From NCBI GenBank assembly GCA_963713865.1, contig OY970208.1, positions 1-64,000 on the forward strand: a DNA stretch of 64,000 bases, read 5' to 3'. The translations under genes were made by a program, and so were the position numbers. Below are positions 20,214-30,722 of the stretch, piece by piece. Position 1 is the stretch's first letter; each line of letters starts with the position of its first letter. Under the pieces are notes generated by a model, which saw nothing but the letters and a program-made list of their open reading frames with translations, was not told the origin of the DNA and made no database searches. Source of the stretch: an uncultured candidate division Zixibacteria bacterium (lineage in GTDB: Bacteria; Zixibacteria; MSB-5A5; RBG-16-43-9).

Positions 20214-21287
20214 TTAAATATTTAAAATCTCCCAGAGCTTTTCTTCTCCGGAGATAATTTTTAATTCTATCTGCACCACTAAAAGAGGTGGGTTCTGGCT
20301 TTTGATCTCTGGAAGCCGGATCGAATCTTTCTCTGTGGTAATTAAGAACTCGGCACCAGCTTTTTTCCTTTCCTCTTCGAGTGAAAGAAAGTCATTCTGA
20401 GAATAAATATAATGGTCTAAAAAGAAAAATGCATTCAAAATCTCAACTCCTGAGGATTTCAGAGTTTTCTCAAAAGAAAATGGGTTTCCGATGCCGCAGA
20501 AAGCCAGCACCTTTTTACCCTTCAACTGGTTCAAGCTAATTTCAGTTTTATTTACCCAGTTTATAATTGAGGTGACTTCCAAAATGCTTTCTACAATTGG
20601 TGCCTGAGGGTTAAATTTTTGCAATATCTTCTTTATATTATCCGTGTGTACGGATTGATCGACTCTGGTAAGAACGAAAAGGTTTGCTCTTTTAAGAGAG
20701 GATAACGGTTCTCTGAGCCTGCCTTCTGGAAAGAGTTTTTCTTTTTCTAAATCGATCGAGGCATCGACCATCACAATATCCAGATCTCTTTTCAATCTCC
20801 AGTGCTGGAATCCATCATCTAAGATCAGGACTTCAGCTTTATATTTATCCTGAGCGATTTTGCCGGAGATATATCTGTCCTTGCCTATAATTATCGGAGT
20901 TTCAGGCAGATGATTGCTCAAAAGGTAGGGCTCATCTCCTGCTTCTTCCCACTCGAAATCCGGGGACTCACTTCGCCTTAGCTCTTTTGTTCCTTTTGAT
21001 CTTCTTTTATATCCCCGGGTCAATATTGCAAAATTCATTCTTTTATCTTTAAGTTTCCTTGCCAGATAGAGAACAAAAGGTGTTTTACCTGAACCACCCA
21101 AGGTGATATTACCCACACTTATTACCTTAACCTTCAACTCTTTCGTTTTAAGAAAACCTGAACGATAGAATAGTTTTCTGAGAGTATATCCTGAATAGTA
21201 GAGAGATGAAAGAAATCTCAAAAGAAGTAAAAATATCCCTCTTTTGTCATTTGAATCCCAGAAGGATAAATATTTATTTCTTCTCAT
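20214..21287 (-). CDS. lpxK: tetraacyldisaccharide 4'-kinase
   Basis: VISVGNITLGGSGKTP, GDEP, ILDDGFQH, LITTEKD. Confidence 0.95.
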   Translation of the reverse strand: MRRNKYLSFWDSNDKRGIFLLLLRFLSSLYYSGYTLRKLFYRSGFLKTKELKVKVISVGNITLGGSGKTPFVLYLARKLKDKRMNFAILTRGYKRRSKGTKELRRSESPDFEWEEAGDEPYLLSNHLPETPIIIGKDRYISGKIAQDKYKAEVLILDDGFQHWRLKRDLDIVMVDASIDLEKEKLFPEGRLREPLSSLKRANLFVLTRVDQSVHTDNIKKILQKFNPQAPIVESILEVTSIINWVNKTEISLNQLKGKKVLAFCGIGNPFSFEKTLKSSGVEILNAFFFLDHYIYSQNDFLSLEEERKKAGAEFLITTEKDSIRLPEIKSQNPPLLVVQIELKIISGEEKLWEILNI

Positions 21288-22560
21288 CTTTTTCGTTCCC
21301 GGATAATAGCTCTAACAGGAGTTGTACTGTTTTATCTGAGATCCCAGACTGGGAAGATAAGGCCTCCTTAGCCTTTTTACCAAGCTCTTTACGGAGAGTC
21401 TCATTTTTTAAAAGAGAAAAGGCTTGCTGATAAAATTCCTCTTCATCTTTTACCATAATCCCTCCCCCGGATTTCAAAAGAAGTTCAGATGCAGATTTGA
21501 AATTTTCAATATGAGGTCCGAAAAGAACGGGTATCCCATAGCTGGCTGGCTCCAGGATATTATGCCCGCCAATGGGGATAAGGCTTCCACCCACAAAGGC
21601 TAACTCTCCGATGCTGTAAAGTTTTTCCAGCTCACCCATAGTGTCCAGGAGAATTATTTCAGCTACTTTATCTTTCTGGATTGAGCTTTTTTTAATATAG
21701 GATAAATTGCAACCGGAGAGAAGCTCCTCTATTTCGCCTAATCGCGAGAGATGACGGGGGGCTAAAAGCAGAACCAGTTCTTTATGTTCCTCCCTCAACC
21801 TCTTAAAAGCAGAGAGGATTATCTTTTCTTCCTCTGGATGGGTGCTCCCGGCTATGATAAGTCTATCCTTTTTTAGAAGTCCCAGTTTTTTTCTAAGATT
21901 AACTTTATCGTAGCCGTTTATACCTAAGATAATCCGGTCAAATTTTAGATTGCCAATGATTTTAGTTTTATTTTCATCTGCTCCTAACTCCCGGAACCTT
22001 TTAAAATCTTCTGAAGATTGTATTAAGAACTGGTCAAAATAGGATAAGACTAACCGAGAAAAACTTTTTATCCGGTGATATCTTTTAAAAGATTTTTGAG
22101 AGAGACGTCCGTTGATCAAGCTAAGCTTACAACCATATTTTTTTGTTTCTCTTATCAAATTAGGCCAGAGCTCGGTTTCCACTAAGACTAAAAGGGAGGG
22201 GTTAAGTTTTTTTAATACCTTTTTCAAAATGAAGGGGAAATCCAGAGGGAAATAGAAGATCAAATCCGCTTGAGTCAGACTTTCTCGCGCCTGTCTCTTA
22301 CCGGTTTTCGTCACAACTGAAACCGCTATGGAGAAATCAGGTTTAAGTTTCTTTAGCTTGGGTAGAATTACCGCTAAAGCTTTTACCTCTCCGACTGATG
22401 CGGTATGAAACCAGATCAAGGGAGCGGGTAACTTTTTGGAAACAGATATTATCCCCAAACGCTCTAAAATTCCATGCCTTCCAAATAACCCTCTCAAAAT
22501 TAAATAGGGGAAAATCAGGATAAAAATCAGAGTGTAAAAAAGGGTATAAACGAAATACAT
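21274..22560 (-). CDS. waaA: Kdo transferase
   Basis: WFHTASVGE, ETELWPN, GNLKFD, AGSTH, APRH, GGHNILEPA. Confidence 0.95.
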   Translation of the reverse strand: MYFVYTLFYTLIFILIFPYLILRGLFGRHGILERLGIISVSKKLPAPLIWFHTASVGEVKALAVILPKLKKLKPDFSIAVSVVTKTGKRQARESLTQADLIFYFPLDFPFILKKVLKKLNPSLLVLVETELWPNLIRETKKYGCKLSLINGRLSQKSFKRYHRIKSFSRLVLSYFDQFLIQSSEDFKRFRELGADENKTKIIGNLKFDRIILGINGYDKVNLRKKLGLLKKDRLIIAGSTHPEEEKIILSAFKRLREEHKELVLLLAPRHLSRLGEIEELLSGCNLSYIKKSSIQKDKVAEIILLDTMGELEKLYSIGELAFVGGSLIPIGGHNILEPASYGIPVLFGPHIENFKSASELLLKSGGGIMVKDEEEFYQQAFSLLKNETLRKELGKKAKEALSSQSGISDKTVQLLLELLSGNEKDEKK

Positions 22561-22561
22561 C

Positions 22562-23239
22562 TTATTCTCTCACAGATTTATTCCCGGGCTCAAAGTAATT
22601 ATCTGCTTTCTCGGTCAGCAGGTTGAGATTTTCCTGTAGTTCTGAATTTTTCAAATCGACTTCTTCTGGTGTAAGATCAACCGATACATAAATAGGTTTA
22701 CCTATGATTATGACTGCTTTAGAAAATGGTTTGGGGATGATGAATCTATCCCAGCTTTTCAAGGTCCATACTCTTTCTGCTGAATTGGTGATTGGGATGA
22801 CGGGGATTTCGCTTCTCTGGGCTATATAGGCTGTTCCGGGTTGAACCTGGAAGGCAGGTCCTTTGGGTCCATCTGGAGTGATGGCAAGATCATAACCGTT
22901 TTTAGCTTTATTAGCCATCTGTAAAATAGCTTTAAATCCTCCATGCGAGCTTGAGCCTCTGACTGTTCCGAATCCCAATCTCTTAATTATGCGGGCGATT
23001 ATCTCCCCATCCTGGTGCTGGCTTATCAGCACCTGGACTTTCTTACCCCTGTGAGAATAGGAGAGGATTAACATCCTTCCATGCCAGAAAGCATAAAGTA
23101 CTTTCCCTTTTTTCTCTCGTATGGTTTTAATGTTTTCTTCTCCGATCCATTTTATCTTCAAGCTTTTCCCCAAAAGCAGGATGAAAAGAGGCCCCAAAAT
23201 CGAGACAATAGATAAAAAGATTTTTTCTTTTAAGCTCAT
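22562..23239 (-). CDS. DUF374 lysophospholipid acyltransferase family protein
   Basis: FWHGR, S.H.DGE, RGSS, ITPDGPKGP, SWDRF..PKPF. Confidence 0.9.
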   Translation of the reverse strand: MSLKEKIFLSIVSILGPLFILLLGKSLKIKWIGEENIKTIREKKGKVLYAFWHGRMLILSYSHRGKKVQVLISQHQDGEIIARIIKRLGFGTVRGSSSHGGFKAILQMANKAKNGYDLAITPDGPKGPAFQVQPGTAYIAQRSEIPVIPITNSAERVWTLKSWDRFIIPKPFSKAVIIIGKPIYVSVDLTPEEVDLKNSELQENLNLLTEKADNYFEPGNKSVRE

Positions 23240-23246
23240 ATCATAA

Positions 23247-24379
23247 TCAAGATAACATCTGATTTACAATCCGGGCACCTCTGCGGTAGGCACTTTTTCT
23301 CCCAATCCTGTTTTCACCTCATTCAACTCTATTTTTATCCTTTTATATTTTCCTTTATCTTTCAAAATCTTTTCCATCTCATCTGCAATTTTTTCAGGTT
23401 TAACCTGGGACTGAATAAACTCCGGCACTATCTTTTTACCTGCTACGATATTGACCATACCGATATGAGGAATTTTCACCAATACCTTAGCTAAAAGATA
23501 GGTGAGAAAACTGGTCCTGTATAATACGATCATCGGGGTGCAGGAGATGGCTGATTCCAGGGTAGCAGTACCTGAGGTGACTAATAAAAGATCCGAGTGA
23601 CTCATCAGGTCGTAAGTTAAATCCTCAAGAAGTTGAATGTCGGAGTTCTTCTTTTTCAAAAAATCATAGGCTTTTAGTTTGTCGATGGTAGGAGCCAGGC
23701 CAATTGCTATCTGTAGATTTTTCATTCTTTTTTTCAAAACAAGACAGGAGTGAACCATAACCGGAAGGATTTTTTCGATTTCCTGCCACCTTGAGCCGGG
23801 TAGAAGTCCAATCAGGATTTCATTCTCCTTTATTTGTAATTCATTTCTGAAATCTTCTTTTGAAAGAGAAGGTTTAACCAGGTCTAACAGCGGATGACCG
23901 ATAAAATTGACTTCTACACCAGCATCTTTATAAAGCTTTTCCTCGAAAGGGAAAAAAACCACCATCCGGTCAACCAATTTTTTTATAGTATTAACCCTTT
24001 TCTTGCCCCAAGCCCAGACCTGGGGACTGATGTAATAAAGAATAGGGATTTTTCTCTTTTTCACCTCTTTTGCAAACCTTAAATTAAAACCAGGATAGTC
24101 TATCAGGATAACTAAATCAGGTTTACACTGATCTAAATGATTAATTAGTTTTTTCTTGAACTCTTTAATTAACCCCAGATTCTTTATAACCTCATAAAAA
24201 CCCATAAAAGCAAGTTTTTCTATGCTGAATAGAAGGTTCATCCCTTCTTCTTTTAGCTTGACTCCGCCAACTCCGGAATATTCTATGTTTGGATTTATCT
24301 TTTTAAGCCCCCGGATAAGTCCTGCCCCGTGCAGATCACCTGAGGCTTCTCCTGCTACGATCAAGACATTTTTTTTCAT
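23247..24379 (-). CDS. lpxB: lipid-A-disaccharide synthase (apparent -1 frameshift near C-terminus, ~23290)
   Basis: AGEASGDLHGA, IDYPGFN, SPQVWAWG, LLPGSR, SGTATLE; adding one G restores LGEKGAYRRGARIV to stop at 23247. Confidence 0.93.
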
Positions 24380-25374
24380 CTGATTTTCTGAAGATGAAAA
24401 GCTGATTTCTTCTTTATCTCTAAGGCTAACTCTAAAGCTTGTTTAGCCTGTTCACCGGTAACTAAAGGAGTAGCTCTTGTCGCTATTGCCTGAAGAAAAG
24501 AGGAAAGTTCAGAGGTAAGCATATCCTCACTTTTGATCTCAGGCTTTTCGTAGATGATGGTTTTGCCGGTTTTCTCTATGGGGATTTGTCCAACTACTGT
24601 TTTTCCCAGAGTGGATTCCTTATTCTCAGTTTTAACTAATCTATAGACCTCAGCTTTTTTTTCTAAAAAGTCCAGGGAGATATAGGCATTCTTCTGGAAG
24701 ATCCTCAATTTACGCATAGGACGAGCTGAGATGCGGCTGGCAGTTATATTTGCCACACATCCATTTTCAAAAGTTATCCGGGCGTTGGCAATATCCTCAG
24801 TTTCAGTTATCACTGCCACCCCAGATGCTTCCACGGACATTATTTTATCTTTTACCAGATAAAGGATCAAATCCAGATCGTGGATCATCAAATCAAGGAT
24901 AACTGCAACATCGGTTCCTCTTTCCACAAAGGAGGATAAGCGATGAGATTCTATGAATTTTGGCTCCAGTTTGATATTCTCTATAGCTCTGAAAGCCGGG
25001 TTAAACCTCTCGATGTGGCCTACCTGAAGAGTTAGATTTTTCTTTCTGGCTATCTGAATCAGCTCTTCTGCCTGTTCAACTGTTTCGGTGATCGGCTTTT
25101 CGATTAATATATGGATACCTTGATTTAAAACTTTTTTGGCTACTTCATAATGAGAAGAGGTGGGAACCACCAGACTCACTGCTTCCACTTTTTGAAGAAG
25201 CTGATCCAGTTCCATAAAATAAATAGTCTTATATTTTTCTGCCTTACTTTTAGCTTTTTCCAGGTTTGAATCATATATCCCGACAAGCTCAGCCTGGGGA
25301 AGCTCTGAGTAGATTCGAGTATGATGCTCCCCTAAATGTCCTACTCCAATTACTCCGACTTTTATTCTTGACAT
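24376..25374 (-). CDS. Gfo/Idh/MocA oxidoreductase, GnnA-like
   Basis: GVIGVGHLG, IEKP, VGHIERFNP, DVAVILDLMIHDLD; located between lpxA and lpxB. Confidence 0.85.
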   Translation of the reverse strand: MSRIKVGVIGVGHLGEHHTRIYSELPQAELVGIYDSNLEKAKSKAEKYKTIYFMELDQLLQKVEAVSLVVPTSSHYEVAKKVLNQGIHILIEKPITETVEQAEELIQIARKKNLTLQVGHIERFNPAFRAIENIKLEPKFIESHRLSSFVERGTDVAVILDLMIHDLDLILYLVKDKIMSVEASGVAVITETEDIANARITFENGCVANITASRISARPMRKLRIFQKNAYISLDFLEKKAEVYRLVKTENKESTLGKTVVGQIPIEKTGKTIIYEKPEIKSEDMLTSELSSFLQAIATRATPLVTGEQAKQALELALEIKKKSAFHLQKIR

Positions 25375-25406
25375 AATTTATTCCCTTAAAAAATTCATAA
25401 CCATAT

Positions 25407-25521
25407 CTGTCATTGCGAGCTCCGATTTATCGGAACGAAACAATCCGTCTACTTCTCATGTAACAGATTGCTTCGTCTCCCGCCTCTGGGCGGTCCGCCT
25501 ATGGCGGACTCGCAATGACAG
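25407..25521. repeat. TGTC/CGTC-type long palindromic repeat with nested mini-hairpins
   Basis: Perfect 13-bp IR CTGTCATTGCGAG / CTCGCAATGACAG, inner CGAAACAATC / GATTGCTTCG, inserts TCCGATTTATCGGA and two CCGCC..GGCGG hairpins. Confidence 0.85.
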
Positions 25522-25724
25522 GTCATGATACTATCGCGAGCTGGTTATTATATAATAAATCTGTGAAGATTAGTCAATCTGCTTTCAGATAATCTTTAGT
25601 TAAGCAGTTCTGCAGTTCAGCTCGGTTCACTGCTCTATTTTCGACCCTGAAGCTCAGGTCTGAAGGGAACTCGTCGAAGAACAAACATGCACAACCTGCA
25701 ACGTAACGACCCATCTTGAGATTT

Positions 25725-25756
25725 GTAGGGACAGAACATTGTTCTGTCCTTTTTTT
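25725..25756. repeat. REP family A (GTAGGGACAGAACAYTGTTCTGTCC), T-run follows
   Basis: Copies at 39024-39048, 46555-46579, 51365-51403, 56729-56754. Confidence 0.85.
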
Positions 25757-25836
25757 ATAATAATTATTGGGTGGAATTATTATTTAACCCAGGTTGAGGG
25801 CAGTTTAGTTTTACCATTCAGACAAGAATGTCTGAC

Positions 25837-26607
25837 CTACTTTATTATCCCTCTTTCACTCTTCTCTATGAATTCTAAGAGGTGTTGTATTTCGGGGATA
25901 GGCTCGATTTCTGACTTTATTTTTTCGACTGCTTGAGTGGTGTTGTATTTAGATTGAAAAAGGATTCTGCAGGCTTTTCTTAAAGTCAAAAGAGTGTTTT
26001 CAGGGAAGTTTCTTCTTTTAAGCCCGATAATATTTAAACCCATATAACGTAGGGGATAACCTCCTGCCAGAATATAAGGGGGAACGTCTTTGGGGACTCT
26101 GAATCCTCCTCCGATGATAGAATGAGCTCCAATTTTGGTGAACTGATGGACTGGCACAACTCCACCAATGATAGCGTAATCCTCTATTGTTACATGTCCG
26201 GCTAAGTTCACCGAGTTGGCTAAGATGACATTATTACCCACTATACAGTCATGAGCTATATGGGCATAAATCATAATAAAGCAATTGGAGCCAACTGTAA
26301 CTTTTCCCCGGTGTTTAGTCCCGCGATTCAGTGTAGCATATTCACGGATGACCGTATTTTCACCAATTTCTAAAAAGGTCTTTTCTCCCCCGAATTTTAA
26401 ATCCTGAGGGGGTGAACCTAAAACTGCCCCATGGTGGATTCTGCAATTTTTCCCAATAATTGTTCCAGAGTCGATTAAAACATTTGAGCCTATCTGAACA
26501 TTATCCCCAATTAAAGTCCCCTCATTGATTATAGTAAATGGACCGATGGAAATATCCTTGCCTAATTCTGCTTTAGGGTCAACTATGGCTGTGGGGTGAA
26601 TGTTCAT
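25837..26607 (-). CDS. lpxA: acyl-ACP--UDP-N-acetylglucosamine acyltransferase
   Basis: IHPTAIVD, hexapeptide repeats, PQDLKF, IREYAT.NRGT, HIAHDC. Confidence 0.95.
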   Translation of the reverse strand: MNIHPTAIVDPKAELGKDISIGPFTIINEGTLIGDNVQIGSNVLIDSGTIIGKNCRIHHGAVLGSPPQDLKFGGEKTFLEIGENTVIREYATLNRGTKHRGKVTVGSNCFIMIYAHIAHDCIVGNNVILANSVNLAGHVTIEDYAIIGGVVPVHQFTKIGAHSIIGGGFRVPKDVPPYILAGGYPLRYMGLNIIGLKRRNFPENTLLTLRKACRILFQSKYNTTQAVEKIKSEIEPIPEIQHLLEFIEKSERGIIK

Positions 26608-26641
26608 ATTATCTGATATTTTATAAAGAAGATAAAAAGAG

Positions 26642-28048
26642 CTATTTATCCATTATGGTTGCCAGAAGAATTGCTTCCGCAGCCAGCTCATCGCCCAGGA
26701 AAGCTTTCCCCTGCATCTTGCAGGCCCCTCCTTTTCGATATTGAATCATATCCAGCTCAAAACGAAGCTGGTCTCCTGGCAAAACCGGCTTTCTGAACCT
26801 TACCCCATCCATTCCCATAAAGTAAACCACCTTACTTTCCGGATTCTCCACGGTATTCAACAGGAGAATCCCTCCAGCTTGAGCCATAGCTTCAATTATT
26901 AAAACTCCTGGCATAATGGGATGACCGGGGAAATGACCTGCAAAAAAAGGCTCATTTAAAGTAACGTTTTTTATTGCCACTACCCTTTCCTTGGGGATTA
27001 AATCTATGACTCTGTCAACTAAGAGAAAGGGATAACGATGAGGCATTATTTTCTGGATAGCTGTGGCATCTAAAAGATAATCGCCCTTTTTCCTTTTCTC
27101 TTGATATTTAGTGGTTATGAGTTTTTTCTCATAGAGCTGGCGAAGTTTTTTAACTAAAGCCACATTAGCCGCATGGCCTGAGCGGGCGGCTAATATATGA
27201 GCTTTCAGAGGGACACCTATCAGGGAAAGATCGCCTAAGAGGTCTAAGGCTTTGTGCCGGGCAGGTTCGTTGTAAAATCTAAGGGGAACATCGTTCAAGA
27301 TTCCGGTTTTACCAACGAAAACTTCTTCTTTTAAATCGAAAAGCACCTTAAGCCTTTCCAGCTCTTTTTGTCCCATATTATTATCACAAATCACTATGGC
27401 ACTATCCAGTCCCCCGCCTTTGATTAAATCCTTTTCTTTGAGCATCTCCAGCTCATGTAAAAAACAAAAGGTCCTGGCTGGGGCAAATTCCTTGATGAAT
27501 TCCTCTTTCAGGGAAAGTAAAGAAGTATACTGAGTACCTAAAGCTGGATTTCGGTAGTCGATCATAAAAGTAATCCGTAAATCATCCGAAGGGAAAGCAG
27601 CTATGTCAACTCCTCTTTCTTTCTCAGAGTAGATCAAAGGGGTTTCGACCTGAATGAAGTTTTTCAGCATATCCTGTTCTTCAATTTCTGCCTTGAGCAG
27701 GGCATTTACAAAAGGCAGGGAACTACCGTCTCCTACCGGAGGTTCATTATTATCTAACTCGATTATCAGATTGTCTATCTCCAGGCCCACTACTGCAGCT
27801 AAAATATGTTCTACCGTATATACTTTTACATTTCCCTTGCCTAAAGTAGTACCGCGGGTTATATCAACCACATGCTCTATATCAACCGGTATTTCCGGAG
27901 AATCTGGTAAGTCCTTGCGAATAAAGCTGATCCAGTGATTTACTGGTGCAGGCTTGAAGGTTACGGTAGTTTTGTTCCCGGTGTGTAGTCCAACTCCGGT
28001 ATACGTAACTGGTTTTTTAATGGTTTTCTGATATTTTTCCATAAGCAA
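26642..28048 (-). CDS. lpxC/fabZ: bifunctional LpxC deacetylase / FabZ dehydratase fusion
   Basis: GVGLHTG, TVEH, DGSS, APARTF, HKALD, then PHRYPFLLVDRV, FFAGHFPGHPIMPGVL. Confidence 0.95.
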   Translation of the reverse strand: MLMEKYQKTIKKPVTYTGVGLHTGNKTTVTFKPAPVNHWISFIRKDLPDSPEIPVDIEHVVDITRGTTLGKGNVKVYTVEHILAAVVGLEIDNLIIELDNNEPPVGDGSSLPFVNALLKAEIEEQDMLKNFIQVETPLIYSEKERGVDIAAFPSDDLRITFMIDYRNPALGTQYTSLLSLKEEFIKEFAPARTFCFLHELEMLKEKDLIKGGGLDSAIVICDNNMGQKELERLKVLFDLKEEVFVGKTGILNDVPLRFYNEPARHKALDLLGDLSLIGVPLKAHILAARSGHAANVALVKKLRQLYEKKLITTKYQEKRKKGDYLLDATAIQKIMPHRYPFLLVDRVIDLIPKERVVAIKNVTLNEPFFAGHFPGHPIMPGVLIIEAMAQAGGILLLNTVENPESKVVYFMGMDGVRFRKPVLPGDQLRFELDMIQYRKGGACKMQGKAFLGDELAAEAILLATIMDK

Positions 28049-28332
28049 TTCGTTTTTAAAATTTTGATTAATATTAAAGTATTTATTAAGGTTGTCAAGG
28101 GGAAAATGGGTAAAAAAAGAAGATTCACGAAGTCTTGATCTGACAGATAGTTTTAGATGGTATGGAGTTTCATTAAGACACAGATTGCTATGCCCTTGAA
28201 TTTAATTCAATAACAGTGTGGCCGTTGGGTACCCTGACCCGACGGTATAATATAATATTCTTATGGAAAGGGGATTTTCCTCTACCCTAAAAGGGTATAA
28301 TAGTGTGGGATCAAGCTAAATTAATAAAAACA

Positions 28333-28381
28333 AACGCCCGATCCTACAATCCAATTTTAGGATACGAAGGTCGGGCGTTAC
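28333..28381 (-). terminator. REP-like hairpin downstream of the fumarase operon
   Basis: AACGCCCGA...TCGGGCGTT stem with inner ATCCTA/TAGGAT hairpin; T-rich tail on minus strand. Confidence 0.5.
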
Positions 28382-28400
28382 GAATTACCCAATTTTTTCC

Positions 28401-28955
28401 TTAAGCTCGTTGGTATTTTTTCACCCCTTCAACATAAAGATTCCCACCATGACAATCCTGAACTACAATCGCTGGGAAATCTTTAATTTTGAACCGGCGA
28501 ATTGCTTCAGCCCCTAACTCCTCCCAGGCAACCAGCTCATTGGCGGTAATCGACTTGGCAATTAAGGCCGCCGCTCCACCTACTGCGGCGAAATAGACCC
28601 CCTTGTACTTTTTTAAAGCCTCTGCTACTGCAGGTCCCATCTCCCCTTTACCGATCATTCCTTTTGAGCCAGCTTGAAGAATTCTGGGAGCGTATTTATT
28701 CATCCTGCCTGAGGTAGTTGGTCCAGCAGAACCCACCACTTTCCCTGGGCGAGCAGGAGATGGACCAACATAGTAAATCAGCTGTCCTTTCAGATCAAAG
28801 GGCAATTTCTCCCCTCTATCTAACATCTCTGTCATCCTTTTATGGGCCGCATCTCTAGCAGTATATATCTCGCCGGTGATTAATACATTATCGCCTGCTT
28901 TTAAACTCTCAACTACCTGATCATTCAAAGGGGTAGTTATTTTTTTAGCTGGCAT
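28401..28955 (-). CDS. Fe-S hydro-lyase (class I fumarase/tartrate dehydratase) beta subunit
   Basis: TARDAAHKR, GSAGPTTSGRM, MIGKG; ATG at 28955 after GGAGG. Confidence 0.92.
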   Translation of the reverse strand: MPAKKITTPLNDQVVESLKAGDNVLITGEIYTARDAAHKRMTEMLDRGEKLPFDLKGQLIYYVGPSPARPGKVVGSAGPTTSGRMNKYAPRILQAGSKGMIGKGEMGPAVAEALKKYKGVYFAAVGGAAALIAKSITANELVAWEELGAEAIRRFKIKDFPAIVVQDCHGGNLYVEGVKKYQRA

Positions 28956-28992
28956 TTTAACCTCCGATTTTTTTAAATTAATCTCTTTATGT

Positions 28993-29835
28993 TTAGATAA
29001 TAGCTTCTTTATGTCTGTCAGCATGGCACTGAATATTAACTGCGGCCGGGAAAGAAGCTATGTGACAGGGGTAAGTCTCTACATGTACAGCTAAAGCAGT
29101 TATCCTTCCTCCGAACCCCTGGGGACCTATCCCTGATTTGTTTACCTTCTCCAATAGCTCTTTCTCCAGATTGGCATAAAATGGATTTGGATTTTGAGAG
29201 CCAACTGGCCTTAAAAGGGCTCTTTTAGCCATCTCAGCACATTTCTCGAAGGTGCCTCCAATACCTACTCCGACAATTATGGGAGGGCAAGGATTGGAGC
29301 CAGAACCTTCTGACCATATCGATAACAAACTCTTTCACACCTTCTACACCATCAGATGGCTTCATCATCTTAACCTCGGACATATTCTCACTTCCACCAC
29401 CCTTGGGAGCTACGATTATCTTCAATTTATCTCCCTTAACCACATTCATATGAATAACTGCAGGAGTATTATCCCCGGTATTTTTCCTCTCGATCGGATC
29501 CCCAAGATAGACTTCCGCAGATACCCTTCCTTATATCCCTGTCTGACCCCCTCATTAATTGCTTCAAACAGATTTCCATCCTTAACAAAGACCTGATCTC
29601 CCATATCTACGAAGATTACAGCAAAGCCGGTGTCCTGACATAAGGGGAATTCTCCTTCTTTGGCTATATTGATATTTTCCAGAATCTGGCCAAGGGTCTC
29701 CTTTGAGGTTAGCGACTCTTCTTTCTGATATCCCTCTTTCAGAGCCTTTTCCACGTCCTCCCCTAAATTATAATTAGCATCGATACATAAGCCCTTCACG
29801 GTGCTGATAATATCTTTAACCGATATTTCTCGCAT
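28993..29835 (-). CDS. Fe-S hydro-lyase (class I fumarase) alpha subunit, two apparent frameshifts
   Basis: PLCQDTG, YLRKS, PKGGGSEN, NPCPP, HIASFP..VNIQCHA spread over three frames (breaks at ~29502 G-run and ~29303). Confidence 0.9.
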
Positions 29836-29851
29836 AGATACCTCCTTTTCT

Positions 29852-30526
29852 CTATTGCGTTTTTTGGGTTAACTCTAAAATACCGTTAATCAAGTTCTTT
29901 AAACCCATACCCAGCTCGCTCAGATTAGTTTTCATCTGAGAGCCGGAGGTGGTGACTATCCAATTCTCAGAATCTATCACTGCTTCCTGGGCTCTGGTTA
30001 TAATATGATTGACACCCATCTTCTCAAGCTGGCTGGATAATTCTGAATCATTCCCCAGGGTTAAGGTCAAAGGAGAAGTAGCAATATCCCTCAGGCAGGA
30101 AGCTATTACCAGGTTAGCTACTCCACAACCGGCAATCGGCTTCTTCCGCCTGTAAATTTCACGGATTAGTTTTTTCAGCTCCGGCTCAACCTTCAAGAAC
30201 AGGTTCTTCTCATCCGCTTGAGTGAATTTTTTCAACAGTCCTTGTCCTCCTGGAAGTATCAAGGCTGACAGGGTCTCAGCGCTGATCTCTTTTAGCTCTT
30301 TTAACCTATCGTGAGTGATCAAAGCCATCTCGGAGAAAAAATTTGAAGGAACGGTCTGTGGACTTTTTTCACTATTATTAGAACTATCCAGATTATAAGG
30401 CTGAGAAGAGAAAGATATGGTCTTTATTTTCCTCTCCTCTAAAAAATAATTAAGTAATACCACTTCCCAGATATCGGTACCATTATTATAGCCACAGCCG
30501 CTTAAAAAGATGCCAAAAGGTTTCAT
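29852..30526 (-). CDS. ElbB/ES1-like DJ-1 superfamily protein (divergent)
   Basis: LSGCGYNNGTDIWE, LILPGG.G, LTLGND. Confidence 0.75.
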   Translation of the reverse strand: MKPFGIFLSGCGYNNGTDIWEVVLLNYFLEERKIKTISFSSQPYNLDSSNNSEKSPQTVPSNFFSEMALITHDRLKELKEISAETLSALILPGGQGLLKKFTQADEKNLFLKVEPELKKLIREIYRRKKPIAGCGVANLVIASCLRDIATSPLTLTLGNDSELSSQLEKMGVNHIITRAQEAVIDSENWIVTTSGSQMKTNLSELGMGLKNLINGILELTQKTQ

Positions 30527-30600
30527 CTTGAGAAAAATTTAAAATTTTAAAGAGCTGTATCCTTTTTGGGCAAATCCCCAGATTTACTTCTTTCTTCCTC

Positions 30601-30652
30601 GTAATGCGACCCTTTCAGGACCTCCATGGCGAGGCTAAAAGCCTCGCACTAC
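30601..30652. repeat. REP doublet family F (GTAATGCGACCC...CGCACTAC)
   Basis: Related at 46589-46612, 51411-51494 and split at 16853-17034. Confidence 0.75.
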
Positions 30653-30722
30653 GAATTTTTTCCGCAAAAGTGGATGCCCCTCTCTACAGACCTTGTGAAA
30701 TTTTTATCAATTAAGAAAAAAA

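Noticed and set aside
30555-30685. Possible MITE around the family F doublet (GTATCCTTTTTG / CAAAAGTGGATGC)
   Set aside because: IR is short and imperfect, no target duplication, single copy.
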